Positions 1 to 9,374 of a DNA stretch of 64,000 nucleotides are shown here, piece by piece (positions within the stretch are counted from its first letter, which is position 1; each line of letters opens with the position of its first letter). A program made the translations under genes and the position numbers. Where the stretch lies: positions 1-64,000 of the IMG/VR virus record IMGVR_UViG_3300020347_000003; one strand, 5' to 3'. The DNA is from a virus. The notes under the pieces are model-generated. The model made no database searches. It was not told the origin of the DNA and worked only from the letters and a program-made list of their open reading frames with translations.

Positions 1-455
1 CCTCAACCTGCATCTGAAGCTCTTCCATTTCTTTTCTGAGACGACCTTTCTCAGCATTCAGTTGCATGGCCAGTTTCCCAGCCTTACTCATCACGCTGTC
101 GTTGTACTGGTCTTTGACATCAGACTTGATTTCTTGTTCACTCGTCAACGTCGACACCTTGCCTTTTCCAACGATCTATTGTCTCGCGATGTATTTCCTT
201 GTGACAATAATACATGGTGAGTCCACCGAATATCATAGGACACAGAAAAACTGCAAGAATGCCTAGAATTCCAAAATTCATTTCTTTTCCTCCTTTGATT
301 CAGCACGACCATACATGTCGTAATAAGATTGTTCCCAATCCCAATGCTTTCTTGACTCGATTAAATGTGGATGCTGTGTGCGATTCTTTCGCTCTTTGAT
401 TTTCTTAGCATCATCGTCCCCCAAGATTTTATCAATCTTGTCCCGCGTCATAATC

Positions 456-800
456 TTACCCTTCCTTTTCCAAGTCCCACTGAACCTTATTCACCTTTTT
501 GTTTGTGGTCGGGGGTCTCATTGCCCATAGGTGACCATTCTTTTCTGCATCTTGAAATATCATCGCAGTAATAAAAAATGCTCCCACCACCAAAAGATGT
601 CCACCAACACTATAAATGCCATAGTAGATGGTGTATCCTGCCCAGAATGTAAATACTGCTGACCACATTACCGAGAGATAGAACATCAAAATGAATTGAG
701 TAAATGCATTGGGAATGTGTCTCAAAGGATTTATTTTCAAACTGAAAAAGAAGTTGTATAGATCATAGATCCAAAAGCCGATTGCCTTAAAAGGGTTCAT
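456..800 (-). CDS. Hypothetical membrane protein
   Basis: 114 aa ORF with two hydrophobic aromatic-rich segments; co-oriented with neighbours. Confidence 0.65.
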   Translation of the reverse strand: MNPFKAIGFWIYDLYNFFFSLKINPLRHIPNAFTQFILMFYLSVMWSAVFTFWAGYTIYYGIYSVGGHLLVVGAFFITAMIFQDAEKNGHLWAMRPPTTNKKVNKVQWDLEKEG

Positions 801-803
801 AGT

Positions 804-1139
804 TTATGCCTCAAGTTGAGCGGTGTGTTTACACTTGCCACGAAATTTAAAGCCGGGGCAGCTACAGACACCATCAGTGATTGTGTAAGTCTCACCATTT
901 GATCCTTGAACTGTAATCGTATCAGCCGGGAGAGACTCGTCGAGAGATCCAATCTTTTCGAATTTCCTGCGAGACTTTGAAAACCCCTTTAAAGGATTTT
1001 TAAAGACCGTACGATTATCCGAGTTTGGTGATTGGAAAGCCACTAGGTGACCCGCACGATTTACCCAGTATATGCCATTATTGGCAGTCAACGAAGGTTC
1101 ATCCCATTGCGTTACTTCTCTTAATACATCAATGGTCAT
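804..1139 (-). CDS. SWIM zinc-finger protein
   Basis: C-terminal [14 protein letters not shown] matches the SWIM CxCxnCxH motif. Confidence 0.8.
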   Translation of the reverse strand: MTIDVLREVTQWDEPSLTANNGIYWVNRAGHLVAFQSPNSDNRTVFKNPLKGFSKSRRKFEKIGSLDESLPADTITVQGSNGETYTITDGVCSCPGFKFRGKCKHTAQLEA

Positions 1140-1314
1140 CGGGGGCTCCTTTTAGTTCGTTAAGTAGATTCTTAATGTGAGTATTAATCTCAGCAAGAGA
1201 GTCGAGTTCATCATAATATGCCTGACCTTCAGCATATTCCAACCGATCACGAACCTTGGTAGATTTTTCTCTCAGGTTTGCAACAGCAACCAGAATCTCA
1301 CTTTTAGTTTTCAC
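1129..1314 (-). CDS. Small hypothetical coiled-coil protein
   Basis: 61 aa, AGGAG RBS upstream, overlaps next gene. Confidence 0.55.
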   Translation of the reverse strand: MKTKSEILVAVANLREKSTKVRDRLEYAEGQAYYDELDSLAEINTHIKNLLNELKGAPDDH

Positions 1315-1316
1315 AT

Positions 1317-1496
1317 TTATCTCCTTACGTAATTCTCGAAGAAGTTTCCCCCAACCTCGTCGATCTTATCACAGAGATCCTTAAATCTACACAGTAGATA
1401 GTAGAATAGATCCCAAGCTAAAACAGGAATAATTACCAGTGCCATTTTGAGTGTTCTTTTCCAGTCAATGTTGGCAAATGTAGGTCTTATTCGCAT
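1317..1496 (-). CDS. Small hypothetical membrane protein (59 aa, below ORF-track cutoff)
   Basis: Manually read MRIRPTFANIDWKRTLKMALVIIPVLAWDLFYY...; GGAG RBS upstream; fills the gap between genes. Confidence 0.55.
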   Translation of the reverse strand: MRIRPTFANIDWKRTLKMALVIIPVLAWDLFYYLLCRFKDLCDKIDEVGGNFFENYVRR

Positions 1497-1516
1497 TTGT
1501 TATTCTCCATTACGTC

Positions 1517-1729
1517 TTATTGAACCCAGATATGGTTGTATTTACTGGGGTAATTTTGGCATGTGTAATCAAACCGAGCATCATAATTAATCACTCGAAC
1601 ACACTCACCTGTCGTATTCGAAATGTGTACATCGGGCATTGAGCTGTTTTGAATCACCCCAGCAGTAACACCAGCAAACACTAAACAAAGACACAGTACA
1701 GGAATTAACAACTCTTTCAAAGTTTTCAT
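1517..1729 (-). CDS. Small exported/membrane-anchored hypothetical protein
   Basis: N-terminal hydrophobic helix and a Cys pair. Confidence 0.6.
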   Translation of the reverse strand: MKTLKELLIPVLCLCLVFAGVTAGVIQNSSMPDVHISNTTGECVRVINYDARFDYTCQNYPSKYNHIWVQ

Positions 1730-2079
1730 GCATATTCCTCTTCAAATTCGCGATTGGCTATCGTCTCTTTCAATACCTCATCAACTGCAGCCCATGCCCC
1801 TTGGTTATGACCACCAATGTGCCAATCGTAAGACTGACCATTTCGTGACCGAAGACCACCATCGTAATCTTTCCAGTCGTAGATCGTCGCCATAATGTGA
1901 CGATTGAAGCCCAGATCAAAGAACTCGAGTTCCCACTCGGTGTTGACCTTACCGTCGCCACTTGGCTCGGAATAGTGCGGCTCACCAAATGCAGCCACCA
2001 TTTCTTCATATGTAGCCGAAATGCGACCCTGTAAAGAAGTCATGTTACTGCTACCTTGACCAATCAATTTATAATCCAT
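1726..2079 (-). CDS. Conserved phage hypothetical protein
   Basis: TSLQG...FGEP...DGKVNTEW...TIYDWK...WHIGG pattern typical of phage early proteins. Confidence 0.7.
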   Translation of the reverse strand: MDYKLIGQGSSNMTSLQGRISATYEEMVAAFGEPHYSEPSGDGKVNTEWELEFFDLGFNRHIMATIYDWKDYDGGLRSRNGQSYDWHIGGHNQGAWAAVDEVLKETIANREFEEEYA

Positions 2080-2081
2080 TG

Positions 2082-2549
2082 TTACGCCACCTCTTCGTTT
2101 GAATAAGCAATAATCTCGTCCATCTGTTCAAAGGTGATAAGACGCATGTCAGAGCAACCCTCTGGGGTCTGAGACCAAGAACGCTCACCGTAAGGTGTCG
2201 CATCCATGTCGTACTTACGTGCAACCTTCTTGCAAAGGAGCTCGGTACGATCTGACAACTTGATGCAGTAGGTGGGTGAGTCCCACTCTTCAACGTGGTC
2301 CGACTCTTTGAAGTCGACGTCGTCGACGAGAGTCTCGCCAATGATGTACTCCTCAGAGTAGTCAGAGCGATGGGCAATGCAACGACCCACCTCAGCATAG
2401 AAGCCTGGGTCTTGGGCCTCTTGCAGGTTCACCTCGACGATGAAGGTCGAGCCACCCTTAGACTTCCAGTACTGAGGGCATGCACCCTTGCCGTCCCAAT
2501 CGTGGGCACCATAGTTCTCGCGGAATTGAGTTTGAATTACTAATTTCAT
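2082..2549 (-). CDS. Conserved phage hypothetical protein
   Basis: MKLVIQTQFRENYGAHDWDGKGACPQYWKSKGG N-terminus; coupled to neighbours. Confidence 0.7.
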   Translation of the reverse strand: MKLVIQTQFRENYGAHDWDGKGACPQYWKSKGGSTFIVEVNLQEAQDPGFYAEVGRCIAHRSDYSEEYIIGETLVDDVDFKESDHVEEWDSPTYCIKLSDRTELLCKKVARKYDMDATPYGERSWSQTPEGCSDMRLITFEQMDEIIAYSNEEVA

Positions 2550-2740
2550 GCTTTCACCTCAGGTTTCATTACATTTTGTGGAGCGTAGAGCCCTTCAAGG
2601 CTCCGAACTTCGTTCCAAACACGGATACGTTTTGCAGTCAGGCCAGTGACTTCTCCAGTCACCCAGCAGTCAGTACCGACACACTTGACCCAAACTTTTT
2701 CACCGATTTCGAAATTCACGTTTTTCTTTCCTATCTCCAT
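2546..2740 (-). CDS. Small SH3/Tudor-like hypothetical protein
   Basis: FEIGEKVWVK...WVTGEVTG pattern; first gene after an early promoter. Confidence 0.55.
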   Translation of the reverse strand: MEIGKKNVNFEIGEKVWVKCVGTDCWVTGEVTGLTAKRIRVWNEVRSLEGLYAPQNVMKPEVKA

Positions 2741-2751
2741 TTGACAAAGAT

Positions 2752-2780
2752 ATTATATCAAAGCAAATTGTATTTGTAAA
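2752..2780 (-). promoter_or_regulatory. sigma70-type early promoter
   Basis: TTTACA-N17-TATAAT on the minus strand, with an A-rich UP element. Confidence 0.8.
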
Positions 2781-2799
2781 CACTTTTCTGCGATTTTTT

Positions 2800-2837
2800 T
2801 AGAATATTTTGTTATAACGATAGAACCAAAAGTTATA
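2800..2837. promoter_or_regulatory. Tandem 17-bp operator-like motif
   Basis: TAGAATATTTTGTTATA and TAGAACCAAAAGTTATA start 21 bp apart; the motif recurs at 4072, 5455, 12426 and 25710. Confidence 0.6.
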
Positions 2838-2841
2838 TGCA

Positions 2842-3396
2842 TCAGTCCCAGCTAATCGAAATTCTCGATCCTCCAGTCTCGTCCCAGTGGTAGTCACATC
2901 CGCATTCCTTGATGATGGGTAATATTGCCTTGAGGTTTTTAACCCCTTTCTTTTGACCATCGAAACAGAATAGAGATTCTTTCTGCTGCTCTGGAGTGTG
3001 GCAGATAAATCCAGTCTGGCTGGTATCGTGGTCAGCGAGAACAAAATCTTCGTCTGGCATCATACCGGTTCCATTACATACCGGACAATCCTCATCGTCC
3101 TCGTCGTATCCCTCACCATCGCAGGCATCGCATTCGTTTTCGAAATAGACCTCACAATCCTGGCTGTGGTTGAATAACACCTTGCTGAGATCAATTTCTT
3201 CGTAGACATCGTCACGATCTGAGTAATCTAGCTCTTTGCCTGTCTCGGGATGGACGAGATAACCATTCTCGTTGTGCACGGCATCATGGTAATCGGGTAC
3301 ATCCATCCATGCGCAGGACTGACAGCAGTAATGATTCCAGCCGAGATACCAGCCTTCCTCACGAAGTCGAGCCTTCAGCTTTGCAAAGCTACTCAT
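2842..3396 (-). CDS. Cys-rich protein with DnaJ-type zinc-finger repeats
   Basis: CCQSC plus CDACDGEG and CPVCNGTG (CxxCxGxG). Confidence 0.65.
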   Translation of the reverse strand: MSSFAKLKARLREEGWYLGWNHYCCQSCAWMDVPDYHDAVHNENGYLVHPETGKELDYSDRDDVYEEIDLSKVLFNHSQDCEVYFENECDACDGEGYDEDDEDCPVCNGTGMMPDEDFVLADHDTSQTGFICHTPEQQKESLFCFDGQKKGVKNLKAILPIIKECGCDYHWDETGGSRISISWD

Positions 3397-3510
3397 TTGG
3401 TTTCACCTCATGTCTTTTAAGGAACTGTTCCTTCCATTCTGGGTGAGCGATGAGATAAACCCTCTCGTTCTCATACCACCACTGACCATGTTCGTCCTGC
3501 TTGGGAGCCA

Positions 3511-4002
3511 TTATGCGTAGTCCTCTTCCTCTTCCCACATTTCTTCACAGTCTTCGCAGGTCCAGCCGTTTTCAGTCACACAACCACACTCGGTGCAGAA
3601 GTTTTGCTCCTCGTCCTCATAGTCGAACATATCTTCCGTGTTCTCTATGGTCAGAAGCTGTGGGTTGTTTATGATCATCGAGCAGACCATATCTATCATT
3701 TTTTCAATGGATACCTGCAGGCTGTCACCCCTAAAGCGACCCTCGTAGACCCGCCCACGACTGTACTCATAGATATTATCGTAGGTCTCATCGTCCAGCA
3801 CGGATTTTTCATTCAGAAAATTTACGGCACCAGAAGTATTGTTGCCCATTCCGTTATTGTAGAAATCGTACGAGAGCTTACAAGCTGCACGAATCATCTC
3901 CATACCGAGAGTTTCCTGAGCCCCACTTGGGGTCATCTTTTCACTTAATTCAAAAAACTGGGCCTGAAATTTTCCAGCCTGGTTCCAGTAAGTATTTTCC
4001 AT
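3511..4002 (-). CDS. Hypothetical protein with C-terminal zinc ribbon
   Basis: YDFYNNG core; C-terminal CTECG...CEDC. Confidence 0.65.
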   Translation of the reverse strand: MENTYWNQAGKFQAQFFELSEKMTPSGAQETLGMEMIRAACKLSYDFYNNGMGNNTSGAVNFLNEKSVLDDETYDNIYEYSRGRVYEGRFRGDSLQVSIEKMIDMVCSMIINNPQLLTIENTEDMFDYEDEEQNFCTECGCVTENGWTCEDCEEMWEEEEDYA

Positions 4003-4033
4003 AAATCAAACTTCCTAATTAATTTTCAAGAAC

Positions 4034-4062
4034 ATTATATCAAGTAAAAGCATCTTTGTCAA
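4034..4062 (-). promoter_or_regulatory. sigma70-type early promoter
   Basis: TTGACA-N17-TATAAT; 31 bp identical to the promoter at 11850-11880. Confidence 0.85.
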
Positions 4063-4106
4063 CGATTTTCTTAGATCATTTTGTTATAAGGTTATAACCA
4101 AACGAT

Positions 4107-4364
4107 TTATTTCGAAGGCTTTAAGTAGTGAACGACTGCTTCCAATCGCGCAAGATTGCGTTCAAGACTTTCATTGTGCGTTTCAAGTTTCCAAATCTCT
4201 ATGATGAGATCTCGCTTTGACATCTTCATAAGTTTTTCAAACTCAGGCAAAAGCTCTGGGAATTGGTGCTTATTCGGAGTCGGCGTTGAGTAAAATGTTT
4301 TGTCTTTCATATTATGACTCACATCGGTCATGGAAAGGCACGACACCTTGTGGAAATTCGCCAC
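4107..4364 (-). CDS. Hypothetical protein (start probably 4310, MKDKTF)
   Basis: C-terminal coiled coil; co-oriented. Confidence 0.5.
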   Translation of the reverse strand: MANFHKVSCLSMTDVSHNMKDKTFYSTPTPNKHQFPELLPEFEKLMKMSKRDLIIEIWKLETHNESLERNLARLEAVVHYLKPSK

Positions 4365-4653
4365 CCTCAGGTCCTGCGATCTCCTTGATTTTCTCAGAGA
4401 AACGACTGTCAGATGTACTCAGGAAAGTCCCGCCCATCATTGTCCACCTCTTGGCTTCGTGCAGATCCAAAGGTACAGCCTTAACAGTACCTCGTAGATT
4501 GCCTGGTACCAAAACAACAGCTGGGAGATCATCTTGCCTCGGCTCAAAGGGACCTTCGGCATTGACCACACAGACGCGGTCGAATTTGTAAGACATGCCC
4601 TTATTAGAACAATCAGTCATGTCGGAGCGAAATACACTAGCAATTAAACCCAT
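4312..4653 (-). CDS. Conserved phage hypothetical protein
   Basis: DCSNKGMS...GPFEP...MMGG...TSDSRF...HDR pattern. Confidence 0.7.
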   Translation of the reverse strand: MGLIASVFRSDMTDCSNKGMSYKFDRVCVVNAEGPFEPRQDDLPAVVLVPGNLRGTVKAVPLDLHEAKRWTMMGGTFLSTSDSRFSEKIKEIAGPEGGEFPQGVVPFHDRCES

Positions 4654-4663
4654 AATAATATCC

Positions 4664-4930
4664 TTAAACTAAATGATCGTTTAAAATGTCTTCAATGATA
4701 AACCCAACGCGTTCTCGGTCGAGTGAATCACCACCACCCCAAGTCTGATGTAGCGAGGGATCACCACATCGCTTGATGTATTCTTGAATTGCCTGTTCAG
4801 TCCGGTTAACCGAATTGCTTTCGATGGGGTAGAGACCATCGTAGGCATAGAAAGACAAAACATAGTTACGAAATTCGACAAGTACAGGATTCTTACGAAT
4901 CGAAATACAGTTAGAAATAGCTTCAATCAT
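4664..4930 (-). CDS. Hypothetical protein
   Basis: FRNYVLSFY...GGGDSLDRERV; likely start MIEAIS inside ORF 4664..5011. Confidence 0.6.
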   Translation of the reverse strand: MIEAISNCISIRKNPVLVEFRNYVLSFYAYDGLYPIESNSVNRTEQAIQEYIKRCGDPSLHQTWGGGDSLDRERVGFIIEDILNDHLV

Positions 4931-5033
4931 ATTAATCACACCGATATCCAAGTAGATAAAACAACAGCAAAAATACAAATCACAACTGGGAGTAGTACAA
5001 ATCCCACACATTGAAGGGCGAGCTTTTTATCCA

Positions 5034-5357
5034 TTAAGCAGCCCTCCGAGTTCTAGTTTTTCGGTACCGACCACGGCCGGCATAGCCCACCTTTTGAACA
5101 GCCTCAAGTGGTGAGGTCTCGCGAGTCTCAGCGAGGTATTCCTCAACCGTATAGTTATCAGCGATACAGTTGACCCAAGATTTCCACGGCTTTGAGCCAT
5201 ATTTGAATCGAGCAATAAATGCAGGTTTTGGCTTACCAATCCAAGATGGGTGGCAGTTAGGATGGGCAACTTCCATGTTAACCGACTCGGTATGCCGACC
5301 ACGGTACATCAAGTACATTCCGTCCCAGGTAAATTCATCTTTGTTAAATGGTGTCAT
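5034..5357 (-). CDS. Conserved phage hypothetical protein
   Basis: FTWDGMYLMY...FIARFKY; start MTPFNK lies just downstream of the promoter. Confidence 0.65.
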   Translation of the reverse strand: MTPFNKDEFTWDGMYLMYRGRHTESVNMEVAHPNCHPSWIGKPKPAFIARFKYGSKPWKSWVNCIADNYTVEEYLAETRETSPLEAVQKVGYAGRGRYRKTRTRRAA

Positions 5358-5396
5358 AGCTAGATTTTTCCTTTTGATTTCATATTTTATGAGACC

Positions 5397-5425
5397 ATTA
5401 TAAAGGGCTATGCTGGAAGAGTCAA
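5397..5425 (-). promoter_or_regulatory. sigma70-type early promoter
   Basis: TTGACT-N17-TATAAT; tandem motif at 5455-5492. Confidence 0.8.
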
Positions 5426-5503
5426 CACTTTTTTTCAAAAAAGTGCAGTTTTTTTAGAATATTTTGGAATAACGATAGAACTAAAAGTTATAAGGGGGGC
5501 TAG

Positions 5504-5938
5504 CTAGAAGGCTACCTTCCAAGACAGACCTACTTCATGATTGTGATACACAATATATGCTCTTACTGCGATACCGGCCAACATGATATTATTCATGCGG
5601 TCCTGCTGTTTCTTCCCTATTGAGTAATAGAGCAGACCCGCGACTGAAGCCTGTGTTAAGATTAATTTGTCTCGATGCGGATATTTTCCGAATATGGGGT
5701 TTGCTTCTCTGTAGCACCCACACGGGTGCTTGAGGGCGGCAATTGTCTGTTGGTAGTCCACATAAGACACCACGTTATATGCTGTAAAGAGACTTTTTTC
5801 TTTGGTGGTCCAGTCGCCAAAGTGTCTAAAATCTGCCAGTGTTTGCTGAGAGAAAAGCAAACAGACGATGACTAGAGCACTAGTTACCGCCGAGTGGATT
5901 GTCCATGTATTTTTGCAGAGTATCTCTAAGGTCTTCAT
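5504..5938 (-). CDS. Exported/membrane hypothetical protein (start uncertain)
   Basis: Signal-like segment, D-x-x-QT...EANP motif, C-terminal alternating strand ending in Phe (VGLSWKVAF). Confidence 0.6.
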   Translation of the reverse strand: MKTLEILCKNTWTIHSAVTSALVIVCLLFSQQTLADFRHFGDWTTKEKSLFTAYNVVSYVDYQQTIAALKHPCGCYREANPIFGKYPHRDKLILTQASVAGLLYYSIGKKQQDRMNNIMLAGIAVRAYIVYHNHEVGLSWKVAF

Positions 5939-6431
5939 CTAGCTTCTCCATTTTATCATCAATACGATCCTCTACTTCACGCATTGTATTACGGACATCC
6001 TTTTCCGATTCTCTACTGAGGTCTGACACTTCTCGCAATCTTTCATCAATGGTATCTTGTACAGCCTTCACTCTATTGCTTGCAGACTCAGCTACTCTTT
6101 CAGTTCTTATAATATCATCTCGCAGACTGTTTTTGATATCTCGCGTATAGTCGATAGCGTCTGCAAGTTTTGTTTCGATAGCAAGATTTCGGGCTTCTAC
6201 AGCTTCGATGTCCATCACCTCCAGCTTCTCACTCATTTCTTGGAATGCCTTGTACGTTTCAAAGCCACCATAGAGTGTTGCCAAAACTGAGGTTAGTAAA
6301 CCAAACGCTACACCTATTGTTGTCGGAGTCATACCGATTCCGAGCAAAGTAAATTTCTTGTTCTTTAGATTCTCGACACCCTCTTCAAGGTTTTCTGTCA
6401 TTTCGCCCAAATCTTTTTGTTTTCTCGCCAT
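5880..6431 (-). CDS. Membrane-anchored coiled-coil protein
   Basis: Single transmembrane helix then a long heptad-rich charged region ending DNPLGGN. Confidence 0.7.
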   Translation of the reverse strand: MARKQKDLGEMTENLEEGVENLKNKKFTLLGIGMTPTTIGVAFGLLTSVLATLYGGFETYKAFQEMSEKLEVMDIEAVEARNLAIETKLADAIDYTRDIKNSLRDDIIRTERVAESASNRVKAVQDTIDERLREVSDLSRESEKDVRNTMREVEDRIDDKMEKLDEDLRDTLQKYMDNPLGGN

Positions 6432-6538
6432 TTTACTAGCCTTCTATTTTTATGCGTAAATGTCTATAATTTGGCCGGATTGAATAGTCCACCCATACTT
6501 AAGCTTTAAAAATCGTTGATAATTGTTATATCGGTACA

Positions 6539-7009
6539 TCATAACATACTTACGCCGATTAAAACTGCTCCAACCACTACAGCAAGCATTACAGTTGCTA
6601 GTGTGGCTAAACCAACGTCAGTCCAGAATCTAATGCTTTCCGCTTTCTTTTGTGCTACTGCAAGACGACGCTGCCGTATCTTTCTACGTTCTCGCATCAT
6701 ATCTTCGTAAAAATGCATTTGACCTGAATAGATCAAAAAGTCGCGTAATTCTTTTTCTATTTGTGCTATTTTGTGCCTTGCTGCTGTTACCTGTAAGGCT
6801 TCAGCCTCGACACTACTGCCCGAAAATAGCTTCTTGGCCATTGACGGTTTGCTATTCGCAATTGCTGCTTCTGCAAGTTCTTCTTTCGCGTCAAAAAATC
6901 TTGTAAATCCTTGGTACAGGTCTTGTACTTCCTGCCCTTTCTCAATCCCATTCTTTATCATGTTGTATGCAGACCCAGCCATGCTTAACGCGGCTGCAAT
7001 CTCAACCAT
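6539..7009 (-). CDS. Phage membrane protein
   Basis: Amphipathic N-terminus, basic coiled coil, C-terminal transmembrane helix. Confidence 0.7.
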   Translation of the reverse strand: MVEIAAALSMAGSAYNMIKNGIEKGQEVQDLYQGFTRFFDAKEELAEAAIANSKPSMAKKLFSGSSVEAEALQVTAARHKIAQIEKELRDFLIYSGQMHFYEDMMRERRKIRQRRLAVAQKKAESIRFWTDVGLATLATVMLAVVVGAVLIGVSML

Positions 7010-7023
7010 GATTTAGTTCCTTA

Positions 7024-7506
7024 TCAGTTTACCGGTTTGATCTCCACCGGTGTTATAGTATCTTCGAACTTCAGAGCTCTCAAATTTTGAATTTCTGCCT
7101 GAAGCCTCATTACTTCCAACCTCTTCTTTTCCAACTCTAATTGGTATAGCTTATTACAATTGAGCCGTTCCTTGGGTGCTCCTAGTGGAATCGTAATTCT
7201 ACCATATACACCCACATCACGAATAAAGTCACTGTTGTCATAGCGAAAATTAGGATCCTGTGAAGCCAAATTGTACATAGGATCATCCTGATTCATAATT
7301 CCCACAACGCCAAACTCTACATTAGTAGAAGAACCAATTGCCATCGAGCATTCTAAATCACCAGCTCTAATGCGATCAGTTTGGAAGTTGGGTGAGGTCT
7401 GAGGTATGGCCATATTGATTGAGCTTGATTGCCCATAGGCAGCCCCTGCCCAAAAACCTATAACGAAATATACTGTAATGAATAATATAAATTTTGTACT
7501 TGTCAT
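7024..7506 (-). CDS. Secreted protein with amphipathic beta-hairpin and C-terminal coiled coil
   Basis: Signal peptide (AAYG/QS), strands VEFGVVG and VGVYGRITIPLG, two Cys, heptad tail. Confidence 0.7.
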   Translation of the reverse strand: MTSTKFILFITVYFVIGFWAGAAYGQSSSINMAIPQTSPNFQTDRIRAGDLECSMAIGSSTNVEFGVVGIMNQDDPMYNLASQDPNFRYDNSDFIRDVGVYGRITIPLGAPKERLNCNKLYQLELEKKRLEVMRLQAEIQNLRALKFEDTITPVEIKPVN

Positions 7507-7886
7507 TTTATCTTAGAACATATTTTAGATTTCACCATTGTGAGGCCGGTACCTCGACCTAACAATTTCGATTCAGAACAAATATAAACCGCGTTGTTGC
7601 GATCCTTCTCACGAATATAAATGTTCACCTTTTTTCTATCCAGATACTTTAACCTAATAATATTCGTTTCAGTGGCAAATGGAATAGCATTCCATTCTCC
7701 ATCAAAAACACTTAGGCCAAAATATTCAACATCATTTCTGGCATTGAATAATTTCATTTCTGTCTGCAATATGCCAGGCATAAATGAAGGTCTTAGTTTA
7801 GGATATGTTGGTGTGAACTCATGAGCACTTACATGCCCATGAGCCGATAAGACCAACAGAGTAATAATTACAACGATGTGTCTCAT
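7503..7886 (-). CDS. Secreted pilus-chaperone-like (PapD N-domain-like) protein
   Basis: Signal peptide (VSA/HE), FTPTYP...MKLFN...FGLSVFD beta pattern, C-terminal Cys pair. Confidence 0.5.
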   Translation of the reverse strand: MRHIVVIITLLVLSAHGHVSAHEFTPTYPKLRPSFMPGILQTEMKLFNARNDVEYFGLSVFDGEWNAIPFATETNIIRLKYLDRKKVNIYIREKDRNNAVYICSESKLLGRGTGLTMVKSKICSKIK

Positions 7887-7890
7887 ATTT

Positions 7891-7898
7891 TATTTATA
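7891..7898 (-). promoter_or_regulatory. T4 late promoter
   Basis: TATAAATA on the minus strand, immediately upstream of the ATG at 7886. Confidence 0.6.
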
Positions 7899-8399
7899 TC
7901 AAATTGCGATACACTCCGCAGTAACGACTGTACGGTATGTTCCAGCAGGAAATGCCTTATCATAACCATAATCAGCTTCAGAGTCTATCCCGAACCAAGT
8001 TGATCCAGCAATTGACAAATCAACTTCTGTGATGTTGTCAAACTCAATCTTATCAGTATCGTAAGCAGACATTCCAGCATCAGATACTTCTGCTACCGAT
8101 GTGCTACCAGTCCAAGTCACGACATCATTTAAAGATGGGCTTTCTGAAAATCCATTGGGATGAGAAATTCGTGCCTTGTAGTAATCTGCAATAATTACAT
8201 CGTAACGAATGATTGGCTTAACACCACCATTGCTACCATCTGTTGACAGTAGGTTTGGAGTAGGGTTACCATAGATACCTACAGTATCAGTTACTACCAA
8301 ACATTTTGATTCTACTGTACCCGTGATTTGTACATCTTCTGCCAAAACAGAAGCTGACAGCCCGGCGACTGCCAATGCTATTCCGAGTTTTTTGAACAT
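7899..8399 (-). CDS. Secreted fimbrial/pilin-like subunit (Csu/spore-coat-U-like)
   Basis: Signal peptide (VLA/ED), N-terminal VQITGTVESKC, C-terminal AGTYRTVVTAEC, strong AAGGAG RBS. Confidence 0.55.
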   Translation of the reverse strand: MFKKLGIALAVAGLSASVLAEDVQITGTVESKCLVVTDTVGIYGNPTPNLLSTDGSNGGVKPIIRYDVIIADYYKARISHPNGFSESPSLNDVVTWTGSTSVAEVSDAGMSAYDTDKIEFDNITEVDLSIAGSTWFGIDSEADYGYDKAFPAGTYRTVVTAECIAI

Positions 8400-8411
8400 G
8401 TGTTCTCCTTT

Positions 8412-9374
8412 TTATTTTTTATCTGTTGTCTTATCATATTGTAAGTCAACTATTTTATCATGAAGTAAGTCTTGCGCAAAGCTTTGTCGTCTGCCAGACG
8501 GATTATCCGGCAAATCTGAATCCTTTAATTGGGTGGTTTCTACATACTCACCACCTGGAATGGTATCGTAATATGTGGTTGGCATGTAACGAAGACTTGT
8601 CAAAGTCGCATGCAACAGATTAGATCCTTGTGCCAATTCTGTAGTGTTAGTGGTTCCCAGCAATTTCTCTAAATTCTCTTTAATTTCTTTTTTTGTTTCT
8701 ACCTTTTTTCGGTCCGAATCTTCTTGGTCTTCGTCCTTCATTACTGCTTTTCGATCTAATTCGTCTTGGACATATTGATCATTCATAGGATCGTAAGGAT
8801 CGGGTTCTGCTACCTCAACATATGGAGGTTTATAACCTGGGCATTCTGGGTTTGTTTGCGGATCAAAACATGGGTCGTATTGAAATGTGTAGACTACCGA
8901 TGCGTCTTCTACAAGGCCAAAGCCTTCAACTTGAATTGAACCATCACCCCATCGATCAATTGGTATCGCACCCACAGGCACGATCTTTCTTATTGTATTA
9001 CTAGGAAGGCCAGACCAATCGTCGGTCTCTCTGAAAATATAACCTTCGCCCTGTGCGTCTTCATTCTGCACATGTACAATCATTTCGTCTTCAGTTTGTT
9101 TTACAGTATCATACTGATAAATTACAGTACCAACTGTGAGGCCGGCTTGTTGGGGTAGGACGTTTTTCATTACCCACTCCATTGCAGGATTCACTGCGTT
9201 TGGTGTGATTCCGTAAACTGTGCTCGTGTCTGATTGTGCGCTAGACTCTTTAGAGTAGAATAAGCAGGAGAAGCAGACCAGCAACACCACTGCCGGCAAT
9301 AAGTGTTTTCCTTTCAATGTCCATTTCCTCTTTCTCACCCTTTTCACCTTCTTCAAGTGGGGTGTCTTCTGCAT
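8412..9374 (-). CDS. Secreted protein, beta-rich N-domain plus acidic/coiled tail (start possibly TTG 9317)
   Basis: Signal peptide LLPAVVLLVCF...SSA/QS; DPCFDPQTNPECPGY linker. Confidence 0.7.
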   Translation of the reverse strand: MQKTPHLKKVKRVRKRKWTLKGKHLLPAVVLLVCFSCLFYSKESSAQSDTSTVYGITPNAVNPAMEWVMKNVLPQQAGLTVGTVIYQYDTVKQTEDEMIVHVQNEDAQGEGYIFRETDDWSGLPSNTIRKIVPVGAIPIDRWGDGSIQVEGFGLVEDASVVYTFQYDPCFDPQTNPECPGYKPPYVEVAEPDPYDPMNDQYVQDELDRKAVMKDEDQEDSDRKKVETKKEIKENLEKLLGTTNTTELAQGSNLLHATLTSLRYMPTTYYDTIPGGEYVETTQLKDSDLPDNPSGRRQSFAQDLLHDKIVDLQYDKTTDKK

